Below are positions 22,250 to 33,306 of a stretch of DNA of 34,902 nt, one piece after another (position 1 is the stretch's first letter; each line of letters opens with the position of its first letter). The DNA is from Octopus bimaculoides (lineage: Eukaryota). The stretch is from NCBI RefSeq assembly GCF_001194135.2, contig NC_068992.1, positions 19,291,649 to 19,326,550 on the forward strand, written 5' to 3'. Made by a program: the position numbers and the translations under genes. The notes below the pieces were generated by a model. It ran no database searches and had not been told where the DNA came from. It saw only the letters and a list, made by a program, of their open reading frames with translations.

Positions 22250-22477
22250 AAGGTGATGTGCTGACAGAATCATTTGCACGCAGAACAAAATACTGCGCGA
22301 AATTTGGCTCGTCTTTACGTTGTGATTTCAAATCTCACCGAGATAAACGTTGTCTCTCATCCTCTTGCGCTGATTAAAATAAGTATCAATCAAGTACTGG
22401 GGTCGATGTAATAAACATCCTCATCCCCCCCCCCCCAAAAAAAAACTACAGCCCCTACACCAAAATTTAAAACCATT
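22250..22477 (+). mobile_element. tRNA-derived SINE, diverged
   Basis: aggtgatgtgctgacagaatc...ttcaaatctcaccgag...gtactggggtcgatgtaat...ccaaaatttaaaacc. Confidence 0.8.
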
Positions 22478-23058
22478 GCTACTTACAACACAAGATCCAC
22501 ATTTTCGAAATTGCAAAAGCACATTAAATATACGTTGTTAATAGGCATATTTTACAGCCTTGATTTCAAGATTCGTCAACCAATATCACCAGTTCTTATG
22601 TAATTGTGTATTGTTTATGTGGTTTAATATTTGAATCTCTAAGTTATATATTCTTTAGTGCAATTTGCATCTGTGTATATTTGGTTTCAGTAATGCTGCA
22701 ATGGTTTCCTAATTGGTGTGGGGAATATTATTAATGGCCTGAAACTTGCTTCGGACATCGTTGAAATTCACTCCTTTCGTCTATTGCGTAATTCAGTTTA
22801 TTGTTTCTCGGTACATTTGCCATTGTTTTCTAATTTTGAGTAACATACACTAAGAGAATGACCGATTATCTGTAGAACTATGTGACTCTGCCAATGAATG
22901 TATCATCTCATTAGTACAAGTGAAAAACGAAGAAAATTTGTGTAGTACTATATATAACATTTACATGAATTTGAAATCGCTGTCGAGTAAATATACCCGA
23001 CTGGCGGTAGAGTTCAGCCAAATATATCGTTTTATCATCATCATCAACATCATTATTA

Positions 23059-23290
23059 AAGGACTGTGATCTGGCAGAAATGTTAGCACGCCGAGCGAAA
23101 TGCTTAGCAATATTTAGTCTGTTTTTACGTTCCGAGTTCAAACTTTGTCGCGGTCGACTTTGTCTTTCATCCTTTCGCGGTCGATAAATTAAGTACCAGT
23201 GAAACACTGGCGTCGCTGTAATCGACTTATCCCCTCCCCTAAAATTCCTGCCCTTGTAGAAAAATTTGAAGCCTTTATTATTATTATTAT
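23059..23290 (+). mobile_element. tRNA-derived SINE ending in (ATT)n
   Basis: ctggcagaaatgttagcacgccgagcgaaatgcttagc...gagttcaaac...ggtcgactttgtctttcatcctttcgcggtcgataaattaagtaccagt. Confidence 0.95.
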
Positions 23291-24076
23291 TATCTTTATT
23301 ATTCAGTATTCATATTTTTATAATCTGCTTTCACTGTACTACAGACCGCAGGGGTATGTGCTGTAGTTTGTTGTGATGCGCTTATCGTTACTGTATTGAA
23401 AGTATTTTGCGTAGGATGTGTGCAGTGCCCAGTAGTGCCATTTTCTGCATGTTATATATATTTATTAGTCCTGGCGATTTTTGTTATGTTGTTGTCTGAA
23501 TATTTTTTTATCATACCTAATGCGTCCACTATGATTGGAATTATTTCTGTTGTTAGAGTTCACATTCGAGTTACCTCTAATTCCAAGTCTTTGTATTTTG
23601 AAAGCTTCTTCATGTCTTTTAGAGAAACGTTGTCATCTGTTGGTATTGATACATCAATGAGAAATCACTTTTCTTGATGATCTCTAACAACTATATCTGG
23701 CCTATTGGCCTTAATTTCTCTATCTGTGTTTACTGGCATATCCCATAGTATTGTTGCATTCTCATTTTCTGTGACCTTTTCAGGCGTGTGCCTATACCAT
23801 CTTTTTTCTGATGTTATTCTATAGTGTTGGCATAGCATCCGGTGTATGTAGATCCCAATTCTTTCGTGTCTGTGAGTATATTCTTTCTTAGCCAGGACAG
23901 GGCAACCAGAAACAATATGATTTATTGTTTCTAGTTCATCTCCACATATTCTGTAGTTACTTGTTATGTTTCTTTTCGTTATATGTATTTGGCAATTTCT
24001 GGTGGAGTGGCTTTGGTCTTGTGTTGCAATTAAAGATCCTTCAGTCTCTGCTTTGAGTCCTGAGTTAAACAGCCAT
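23290..24076 (-). mobile_element. R4/Dong-clade non-LTR element 3' remnant (zinc finger plus restriction-like endonuclease), 5'-truncated
   Basis: Minus strand reads SGLKAETEGSLIATQDQ...RICGDELETINHIVSGCPVLAKKEYTHRH...TILWDMPVNTDREIKANRPDIVV...IDVSIP...KLSKYKDL, the RHD/NRPD/IDV/K-KY motifs of restriction-like endonucleases; ends in an (AAT)n-like tract. Confidence 0.9.
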
Positions 24077-24189
24077 AATTAATTATGTTTCGGCATAGAT
24101 GATATCTTATCTTTCAGCCCTCGATAGCCTGGTGTAGTTTTGACCCATCCAGTAGGCTTATAAAATCCGGAACATTTTCCAGACGTTGC

Positions 24190-24256
24190 TGGTCAGTTCG
24201 AAATAACGCTAAGGATTTCGCCCGGCTTTCTAAAGTTTCTACCAGCTCGCTGTCTT
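24190..24256 (-). mobile_element. SINE head fragment with a poorly matching body
   Basis: Reverse complement aagacagcgagctggtagaaactttagaaagccgggcgaaatccttagcgttatttcg. Confidence 0.7.
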
Positions 24257-24257
24257 G

Positions 24258-24320
<63 letters not shown>

Positions 24321-24323
<3 letters not shown>

Positions 24324-24882
24324 GCCCGGATGCAGTTAAAGGCAGTGGCTCCCATGGCTTCTGATCTTAATTGATTGGAAGTGTTATCATGTACATTGTT
24401 TTGTCTTGGTATAAAAAGATGAGCTACATCAAATATTCTGCTAAGTACCACAGATTTGCTTGTCAGTTGTTTGAACTTAACCAGTTGAGCATGTTCCTTA
24501 GTGGCTGATGATATGTGCATCTCTGATCATGAGCAGAAGTAGTGGGGTGGGGAGCATCATAGCCATGTGTCGAGAGGAATTCTTTGGGGTTTGAATAATT
24601 CACCTTTGGAAACATGGGTGTTTTGCTCAACATTCTTAAACAAACCTTATTCAGGGACCTTTTGAGCGGGTTGGGCTACCCGACCTGAATAAAATTCTAA
24701 CTGGGTCCCACCTGCGAGATCATGCACTGTTTATCTTGATATGAGACCACCATGTCGCGCACAAATTGTTGTGATGCATGTGCCTGGTGTACCATTTTCA
24801 GACGGGTACTCATGATGGGTATATTAGGCTTCGTATATTTTACCCCATTGTCACTTTGATGGCATGCACTACTCTCTCACAC
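24321..24882. mobile_element. ~560-bp non-coding interspersed repeat bounded by (AAT)n on both sides
   Basis: Higher GC than flanks, no meaningful ORF, sharp edges at (AAT)n 24258-24320 and 24883-24915. I recall a near-identical high-copy octopus repeat but cannot verify copy number here. Confidence 0.6.
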
Positions 24883-24912
<30 letters not shown>

Positions 24913-24916
<4 letters not shown>

Positions 24917-25130
24917 GTAAATACTGGGCTAAACTAAATGCGAAAGAAATAGACAGAGAAAAATCCCAGCAATGGCTGAGAAGCTCAGGACTCAAAGCAG
25001 AGACTGAAGGATTTTTAATTGCTGCACAAGACCAAAGCCTCCCCACCAGAAATTACCAAAAACACATAATGAAAAGAAATATAACAAGTAACTGTAGAAT
25101 ATGTGGAGATGGACAAGAAACAATAAATCA
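24913..25130 (+). mobile_element. Second R4/Dong-type fragment running into a gap
   Basis: GKYWAKLNAKEIDREKSQQWLRSSGLKAETEGFLIAAQDQSLPTRNYQKHIMKRNITSNCRICGDGQETIN, near-identical to the reverse complement of 23918-24076; (AAT)n before it and after the gap (25799-25868). Confidence 0.9.
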
Positions 25131-25798
25131 NNNNNNNNNNNNNNNNNNNNNNNNNNNNNNNNNNNNNNNNNNNNNNNNNNNNNNNNNNNNNNNNNNNNNN
25201 NNNNNNNNNNNNNNNNNNNNNNNNNNNNNNNNNNNNNNNNNNNNNNNNNNNNNNNNNNNNNNNNNNNNNNNNNNNNNNNNNNNNNNNNNNNNNNNNNNNN
25301 NNNNNNNNNNNNNNNNNNNNNNNNNNNNNNNNNNNNNNNNNNNNNNNNNNNNNNNNNNNNNNNNNNNNNNNNNNNNNNNNNNNNNNNNNNNNNNNNNNNN
25401 NNNNNNNNNNNNNNNNNNNNNNNNNNNNNNNNNNNNNNNNNNNNNNNNNNNNNNNNNNNNNNNNNNNNNNNNNNNNNNNNNNNNNNNNNNNNNNNNNNNN
25501 NNNNNNNNNNNNNNNNNNNNNNNNNNNNNNNNNNNNNNNNNNNNNNNNNNNNNNNNNNNNNNNNNNNNNNNNNNNNNNNNNNNNNNNNNNNNNNNNNNNN
25601 NNNNNNNNNNNNNNNNNNNNNNNNNNNNNNNNNNNNNNNNNNNNNNNNNNNNNNNNNNNNNNNNNNNNNNNNNNNNNNNNNNNNNNNNNNNNNNNNNNNN
25701 NNNNNNNNNNNNNNNNNNNNNNNNNNNNNNNNNNNNNNNNNNNNNNNNNNNNNNNNNNNNNNNNNNNNNNNNNNNNNNNNNNNNNNNNNNNNNNNNNN

Positions 25799-25868
<70 letters not shown>

Positions 25869-26115
25869 GATTACGCCATATGTAAACAAACATAAGATTT
25901 TTATCTTTTTTTGAAGCATTGAAATGTATTGTAGAACAAGTAGAAAGATATATATTCTCAACTCACAAATATTGAACAGTATATATACAGGAGCAGAAAA
26001 AATGGTTGGCAAATTTCACTGCTCTGAAAAATATATATTCCTAATAATAATAACAATAATACTAATACTACTACTAATAATAATAACAATAGCTTTTTTG
26101 TATTATAGGAAGAAA

Positions 26116-26188
26116 GTCTCAAATTTTGGATACGTTGGCTCGTCGATTACATCAACACGAGTGCTCAATTGATACTTATTTTATCAAC
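26116..26188 (-). mobile_element. SINE 3' fragment
   Basis: Reverse complement gttgataaaataagtatcaattgagcactcgtgttgatgtaatcgac...ccaaaatttgagac. Confidence 0.7.
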
Positions 26189-27128
26189 TAAAGGAGGCAA
26201 AATCATCTCAGGGGATAAAACTACTAGAAATACAGATTAACACATTTTACAATCATTTGATATAATGCTACGCATTTTGTTCGGTAATGTAACGATTCCA
26301 CCATTTCGCTGTCTTCTGTTTCTAATATAAGGGGAAGGCCACCAAGTCTGAAGGAAAAGATAATAGTAAATTGTATCAAACTTAGTACTTCACAGATACA
26401 TTATTTTATTGGCCTAGGAGAAATGAATGGCAAAGTAGATTTCTGCAGGATTTGATGTCAGTGTAAAAATCCGTAACAATTAATGCAATGCTCGAACGAT
26501 TCTGACAATCTTCTGCCCTTATAGACATATGATGCTGGTAATAATGATCATTGCTTTTATTCAATATGGGGAAAGTTGTGGAGGGCACATTGAAAAGAAA
26601 ATTAAAATCTATCATAAAAAAATTTCTATCGGGAAAAGCCACCATTTAAAATAACAAGTACAATATTGTAATTACAATAACCAAAACTACTGAAAAAATA
26701 ATCGAATAAATTTCGAAACTTAGTTGAAGATAATTTCATAAATAATGAAAACATTCGTCTTTATACGGTACGATGTCCTACTAATTTTTTATGCAGCAGG
26801 AAAAACATTAATGTAAAGTATATAGTGCCCTTAAATACTCTAAAATTTATGATTACAATTTTATATTGGAAGTATTGCATCTAATGAACATAAGGAAGAA
26901 TATAGGAGAGAACTATACATCAGTTTGATTTTCTGTACATTTTAAGCTCCTCCACCTCCTCCACCTCCAAAAACAGATACAAATATATATTAATTTCTTT
27001 CCGCGTTTGTTAATCTCCAAATGTTTTAGATTTAAATCAGAAATACGTAATAACTGCGTTGGTTTGCCACAAGCCAATGTTTTTATTGACTTTGCTTACT
27101 GACTAAGGTGATACAAGTTATTAATTAC

Positions 27129-27215
27129 CAATAAATGGACTGATTTTCATCCGATTCATAATCATTTTTGCTACTCCTGTGTTTCGTTCAGCTAAAAACT
27201 CCCGTCTATCCTTCT
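27129..27215 (-). CDS. Candidate 87-bp phase 1-1 exon (E)KDRREFLAERNTGVAKMIMNRMKISPFI
   Basis: Only one frame open; acceptor ...gtgggtgcag, donor TTG|gtaatt. Confidence 0.25.
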
Positions 27216-27952
27216 CTGCACCCACAAACACATAAAACACACAGGCACACACAAGCGTCCACACAGACAGACAAAAACACCGACACACATATTCGCATGC
27301 ACGCAGGCATGTACTAGCGCAAACACAAATATACTTATACACATGTTTGTATATGTATTTGCGCCCATAACTAAGCATGTCAGTAACAGTAAATATATAT
27401 ATATATATANNNNNNNNNNNNNNNNNNNNNNNNNNNNNNNNNNNNNNNNNNNNNNNNNNNNNNNNNNNNNNNNNNNNNNNNNNNNNNNNNNNNNNNNNNN
27501 NNNNNNNNNNNNNNNNNNNNNNNNNNNNNNNNNNNNNNNNNNNNNNNNNNNNNNNNNNNNNNNNNNNNNNNNNNNNNNNNNNNNNNNNNNNNNNNNNNNN
27601 NNNNNNNNNNNNNNNNNNNNNNNNNNNNNNNNNNNNNNNNNNNNNNNNNNNNNNNNNNNNNNNNNNNNNNNNNNNNNNNNNNNNNNNNNNNNNNNNNNNN
27701 NNNNNNNNNNNNNNNNNNNNNNNNNNNNNNNNNNNNNNNNNNNNNNNNNNNNNNNNNNNNNNNNNNNNNNNNNNNNNNNNNNNNNNNNNNNNNNNNNNNN
27801 NNNNNNNNNNNNNNNNNNNNNNNNNNNNNNNNNNNNNNNNNNNNNNNNNNNNNNNNNNNNNNNNNNNNNNNNNNNNNNNNNNNNNNNNNNNNNNNNNNNN
27901 NNTATATATATATATATATATATATATGTAACGTATTTAGGTGTGCTACAAG

Positions 27953-27992
27953 ATAGAGATAGATAGATAGAAAGATAGATAGATAGATAGAC

Positions 27993-28026
<34 letters not shown>
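27953..28026 (+). repeat. (GATA)n microsatellite
   Basis: Direct reading. Confidence 0.95.
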
Positions 28027-28027
<1 letters not shown>

Positions 28028-28225
28028 GGTTTTATTACTTTTAAATATATTCAGTGTGCATCTTATATCATCTAAACGTTGGTATACAGGGACAGTTTAT
28101 TTATAATATTGCAATATAGAGGTGGAATAATGGTTCTTCATAACACAATCAGTCAGATTTCTTTCATACATTTGGTTGAGGCATTTCGCATGAGATCAAT
28201 ACCACCAAGATAAGTTAATACATAC

Positions 28226-28260
28226 CTGAACATTTTATAGAGAGTTTCTGTCCAAGTATT
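28226..28260 (-). CDS. Candidate 35-bp exon
   Basis: Acceptor tttaatttaatag, strong donor CAG|gtatgt; two frames open. Confidence 0.25.
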
Positions 28261-29597
28261 CTATTAAATTAAATTCATCGATCCTGATTTATTAGCCTGC
28301 AGCGATTCATTTTTAAACACTGCGAACTCGTGACCAGCTACGACGTTAGAATTTTACTGGTTTCCATTACTGGGAAAATTTTTCAGATATTCTGCCAACG
28401 TTCTATTCAGTTTACTTTATATCTAACAATATAGCGTTTTGAGGTTTTGTTTAAACATAACAGATGCCTAACAACAGGTCATAGATGTTTGCTTTTCTTA
28501 GTTAATGCCTCTTCAGTGATATATATGTATGCATGCGGTCGTTTAGATATCGATATATTGCTTGAGAGACGCTGTACGATTCATGTCGATAACTTTCTTG
28601 ATTCTATAGTAACAGCAGTTTTACTTGATGGGAAGAAAATGGGAGTGAAACACATTTTGTTGATATAGAATTATTTTTAGTGAGGAAGAGAGAAAACTGA
28701 TTTGAAGTCATGCTTCGAATTAAACAAAATGCAATAAAAAATCTAGAGAAGTAAAAGTATTTGAAAGAATAAAAAAGAGAATTTGGCAAGTAATCAACGA
28801 TTAACGATATATGTTACAGAATTAATCGTTAAGAACTTTCAAAGTTTATGCTGCAAAGTTCAATAGAGCATTGCGATTGTTGGAGATTTTAAAGTAACAA
28901 ATAGAAGTAATTAGGCCTATACAGTTGGTCACAGATCATTTGGCTTATGTTGCCTGTTATCTCTCATTTTAATTCTACAGCATTTTTCTCAACATATCTA
29001 TTTGAATGTTTCACTATTGAAATTATACAAATATGTAAATTGCACAGAACGCTTCACAAGCACCATACAATAGAGGTATTATCTACCAACCTTGCCTTGG
29101 CAAGCCTGTAATCGATATGAAGAAGGATTTACACATTAAGCTATCAAAACTAAACTGAAATGAAAGATAAAATAACACTAAAAATTAATCAAACAATCAC
29201 CGTTTTTCCGTTAGAGCCTATCTAACTATTGCCTAAGCGCTTAAGGAGTTTGAGAAATACATAATTTTCATCATACAGGATTGCTTACAAATATGGTGCA
29301 TTCTCATTAGGCAGAAACCAGTCCTGATGGTTGATATTGTGAACTCTGCACAATAGGAGTCAGGATCTGAGCTTATGTTTGATCGTAGTTTGGATTTATT
29401 TCAAATTAGAATTTGTACGTCTACGAGATAATTTGAACATTAAAAATGAATTTCAATCATTAAGGTTAAATTGATTTCATTTCTATATTATGATACATAA
29501 ATATTTTTTAAAAATTGCAAGAAGGATTCTTCAAGTCGAACCAAACTTTAGGGGATGAAGGGGTAGATAAAGAATGGAACGGTTTACTAGCACCTGA

Positions 29598-29816
29598 AAG
29601 GCGGTGAGTTGATAGAATCGTTAATACCCCGGGTAAGATCGTTAGTGGTATTTCATCCGTCTTTACGTTCTGAGTTCAAATTCCATCGAGGTCTACTTTG
29701 TTTTTCACACTTTCAGGTGGGTAAAATAAGTACCAGTTGAGAACTGAGGTTGATGTAATCATCTTACTCCCTTCCACGACCTTGGTGGCCTGGTGCCAAA
29801 ATTAGAAACCAATATT
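29598..29816 (+). mobile_element. tRNA-derived SINE
   Basis: aaggcggtgagttgatagaatcgttaatac...gagttcaaattccatcgaggtctac...aataagtaccagttgag...gtgccaaaattagaaaccaatatt. Confidence 0.9.
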
Positions 29817-29863
29817 TGTAGTCTGAGATGGTGGCACTTGGAAATCCAGCCAGAAATTCTTAC

Positions 29864-29935
29864 GAAGGTTGCTTCTGATAGATCTCTAGCAAGGAGGGAC
29901 GGTACTCGACACCCACGAATCTTCTCAGGAGAAAA
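29864..29935 (-). CDS. Candidate 72-bp exon (FSPEKIRGCRVPSLLARDLSEATF or FLLRRFVGVEYRPSLLEIYQKQP)
   Basis: Acceptor aatatatttctgtcag, donor TTC|gtaaga, GC content well above the flanks, length a multiple of 3. Confidence 0.35.
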
Positions 29936-30178
29936 CTGACAGAAATATATTAGTGGTACAATGAAAAAATGACTGTTGAGTAGCAGTATTTTCCAAATGA
30001 AAAGTGTAAAATGTGTGTGTGTGATTTGATGAAATATTCCTAAAATAATTAGAATATCTTCCTGAAGATACAAGTTCGTGTTTCATTGGATTAATAAAAA
30101 TTTATACCGCTTTTTTTTTTACAAGGGTTTAATTAATACAAAGATGTATGTACAACATTTGTGCAGTAATATGTCCGT

Positions 30179-31186
30179 GTGTTTATGCATACACATATAA
30201 ACGCATACGTGTTATATATAGGCATACAACATCATGTATTCATACAAATGTATGTATGTATGCATGTAGCTATAAATATGTGTGAATGTGTGCGTGTGCT
30301 TGTATGTTTGTATGTATATGTATACATATATATATATATATATATATATANNNNNNNNNNNNNNNNNNNNNNNNNNNNNNNNNNNNNNNNNNNNNNNNNN
30401 NNNNNNNNNNNNNNNNNNNNNNNNNNNNNNNNNNNNNNNNNNNNNNNNNNNNNNNNNNNNNNNNNNNNNNNNNNNNNNNNNNNNNNNNNNNNNNNNNNNN
30501 NNNNNNNNNNNNNNNNNNNNNNNNNNNNNNNNNNNNNNNNNNNNNNNNNNNNNNNNNNNNNNNNNNNNNNNNNNNNNNNNNNNNNNNNNNNNNNNNNNNN
30601 NNNNNNNNNNNNNNNNNNNNNNNNNNNNNNNNNNNNNNNNNNNNNNNNNNNNNNNNNNNNNNNNNNNNNNNNNNNNNNNNNNNNNNNNNNNNNNNNNNNN
30701 NNNNNNNNNNNNNNNNNNNNNNNNNNNNNNNNNNNNNNNNNNNNNNNNNNNNNNNNNNNNNNNNNNNNNNNNNNNNNNNNNNNNNNNNNNNNNNNNNNNN
30801 NNNNNNNNNNNNNNNNNNNNNNNNNNNNNNNNNNNNNNNNNNNNNNNNNNNNNNNNNNNNNNNNNNNNNNNNNNNNNNNNNNNNNNNNNNNNNNNNNNNN
30901 NNNNNNNNNNNNNNNNNNNNNNNNNNNNNNNNNNNNNNNNNNNNNNNNNNNNNNNNNNNNNNNNNNNNNNNNNNNNNNNNNNNNNNNNNNNNNNNNNNNN
31001 NNNNNNNNNNNNNNNNNNNNNNNNNNNNNNNNNNNNNNNNNNNNNNNNNNNNNNNNNNNNNNNNNNNNNNNNNNNNNNNNNNNNNNNNNNNNNNNNNNNN
31101 NNNNNNNNNNNNNNNNNNNNNNNNNNNNNNNNNNNNNNNNNNNNNNNNNNNNNNNNNNNNNNNNNNNNNNNNNNNNNNNNNNNNNN

Positions 31187-31223
<37 letters not shown>

Positions 31224-31618
31224 CATATGCAGTAAAAATATCAGGAACTCTGCAGTGACATCAAATATGATATCTAGGGAAACATATACAAATATATTTC
31301 AGAAAAGGCCATCAGTCGAACGAGAGATAGACAAATGAGAGTGTGTTATTGCTGTGATACTTGTCCACATTTATCATTCAACATATAAAACGGCACAAGG
31401 AGTAATTAAACTAAATATGTTCACCTCACCGACAACTTTACTATTTTCTGTGGACATGTTACCAGTGATTTATATACATATATATACAACCACACCCACC
31501 CACATGCATATACGTATACACACACATACACATATATATTTATTTATACCTATATATATATATGCATATATTATACATAAGTATGTGTATGTATGTATAT
31601 ATGCATATATATATAGTT

Positions 31619-31664
<46 letters not shown>

Positions 31665-31736
31665 TATATATATTTATATATATAAATATATATATATATA
31701 TATGTATGTATGTATGTATGTATATATGTATATATG

Positions 31737-31789
<53 letters not shown>

Positions 31790-31860
31790 ATAGATGTATG
31801 AAAATATGCACGTCTATGTGTGTATGTGTGCGTATGTGTATACTGTTGTGTTATGTATGT
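30179..31860. repeat. (TA)n/(TG)n/(CA)n low-complexity field around an 836-nt gap
   Basis: Direct reading; N at 30351-31186. Confidence 0.95.
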
Positions 31861-32366
31861 GTGTAATTCTATCCAGATTCTTTTCTGTTTTAGAAATCTA
31901 CATATATTTGAAATATCTATCTTCCTACAGAAGCATTATTAATAGACTGATCCGATGAACCAGAGACAAGTTGTACATTCCAGAATGCACATAATTTTAA
32001 TGAGAAAAAAATCCATAAATAATTTGAGATTCGGAAAATACTATTCGAATGGTTCTGATTTGTCAGATTCTACTAAGAGATGAACGACATGCTGTCCTAT
32101 ATTCGCTTTATTTTTTCAATTTTTGATTTCGAATCTTTGCAAAAATATTGACCTTCATCCATATGTATCCAGTAAAATAGATTGTTGTAATATACTATTT
32201 GATATATTGCCTTAGAAATCAATCGTATAACACTAAGCGAAATGTCCTGATGCTATCGTCACTACCCACTATGGTAGTCGAGTCTTGGCATATGCTGGGC
32301 AGTTGATGATCTCTTGGCCTTGTATCGGTTTCTATAGCATAATATAATTTTACCTTCTATTATTAC

Positions 32367-32408
<42 letters not shown>

Positions 32409-32418
32409 NNNNNNNNNN

Positions 32419-32453
<35 letters not shown>

Positions 32454-33265
32454 TATAACCTATGCTAAGTAGATATTGTTATATGTTTTTATATATAAGT
32501 GTGTGTGGTTATATAATAATCTTGCATTGGAGGTAAAGACGACATCATGTAATGTAGGAAATCTTTTGGATCTGAATTATATATAATTCTGTATGTTAAT
32601 ATATTGCCTTGCGTCACTGTAGGTTTTTTGTAAGATTGAACATCCTAATGAAGGGAGTGTCTAGTTTTCTCCAAATATGAGCACTATACCATATTATAAG
32701 ACACATCTCTGAAACGGTCCGTAGATGATGTCTTTGAATATTACCCCCATGTTGTGCATGTTTCCTTTTCTTCGTTATAGTGTATATATATCTATTTTCT
32801 GTATTGTACATGTTCTTATAATATAATACATATAAATTTTGTAATATCATATCGTATATATTTATTCGCTATATGTTATATCATACCGAAGGTTTATGTA
32901 TCGTACTACATCGCTTTATATTGGATATTATTTTTATATGGCTCGGAAATTCGGAATACTTGTAAATATTTTTAATATTTTTAAACATTCATTATATTTT
33001 TGGAGTTTACTTGTTTTTATATGCCTGTGTACCTTTATATTATTTCATTTTTCGTATTTTCGCTACTGAGAATTGTGTATAGTTATTGATTCAAGGATGA
33101 TGTGCACACACATGTATATTAAATCTTTTGTTGGAGACTGGGTATTGTTCCTATGGTGTGTGTCCATTCAAACTACAATTTGAATTTTAGCTCAATTTGA
33201 GCACTTCATTTCTAGCTTGTTTTTGAGTATTGTGATATTAACAATCTCAGTTTATAAAAAAAAAG

Positions 33266-33306
<41 letters not shown>

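Larger units (their letters stand above)
626..32418. other. Nine assembly gaps
   Basis: N-runs at 626-743, 4107-4219, 6014-6776, 9307-9345, 11286-11436, 25131-25798, 27410-27902, 30351-31186, 32409-32418. Confidence 1.

Noticed and set aside
14901-29816. tRNA genes
   Set aside because: The A/B boxes belong to SINE heads; I found no cloverleaf with acceptor stem.
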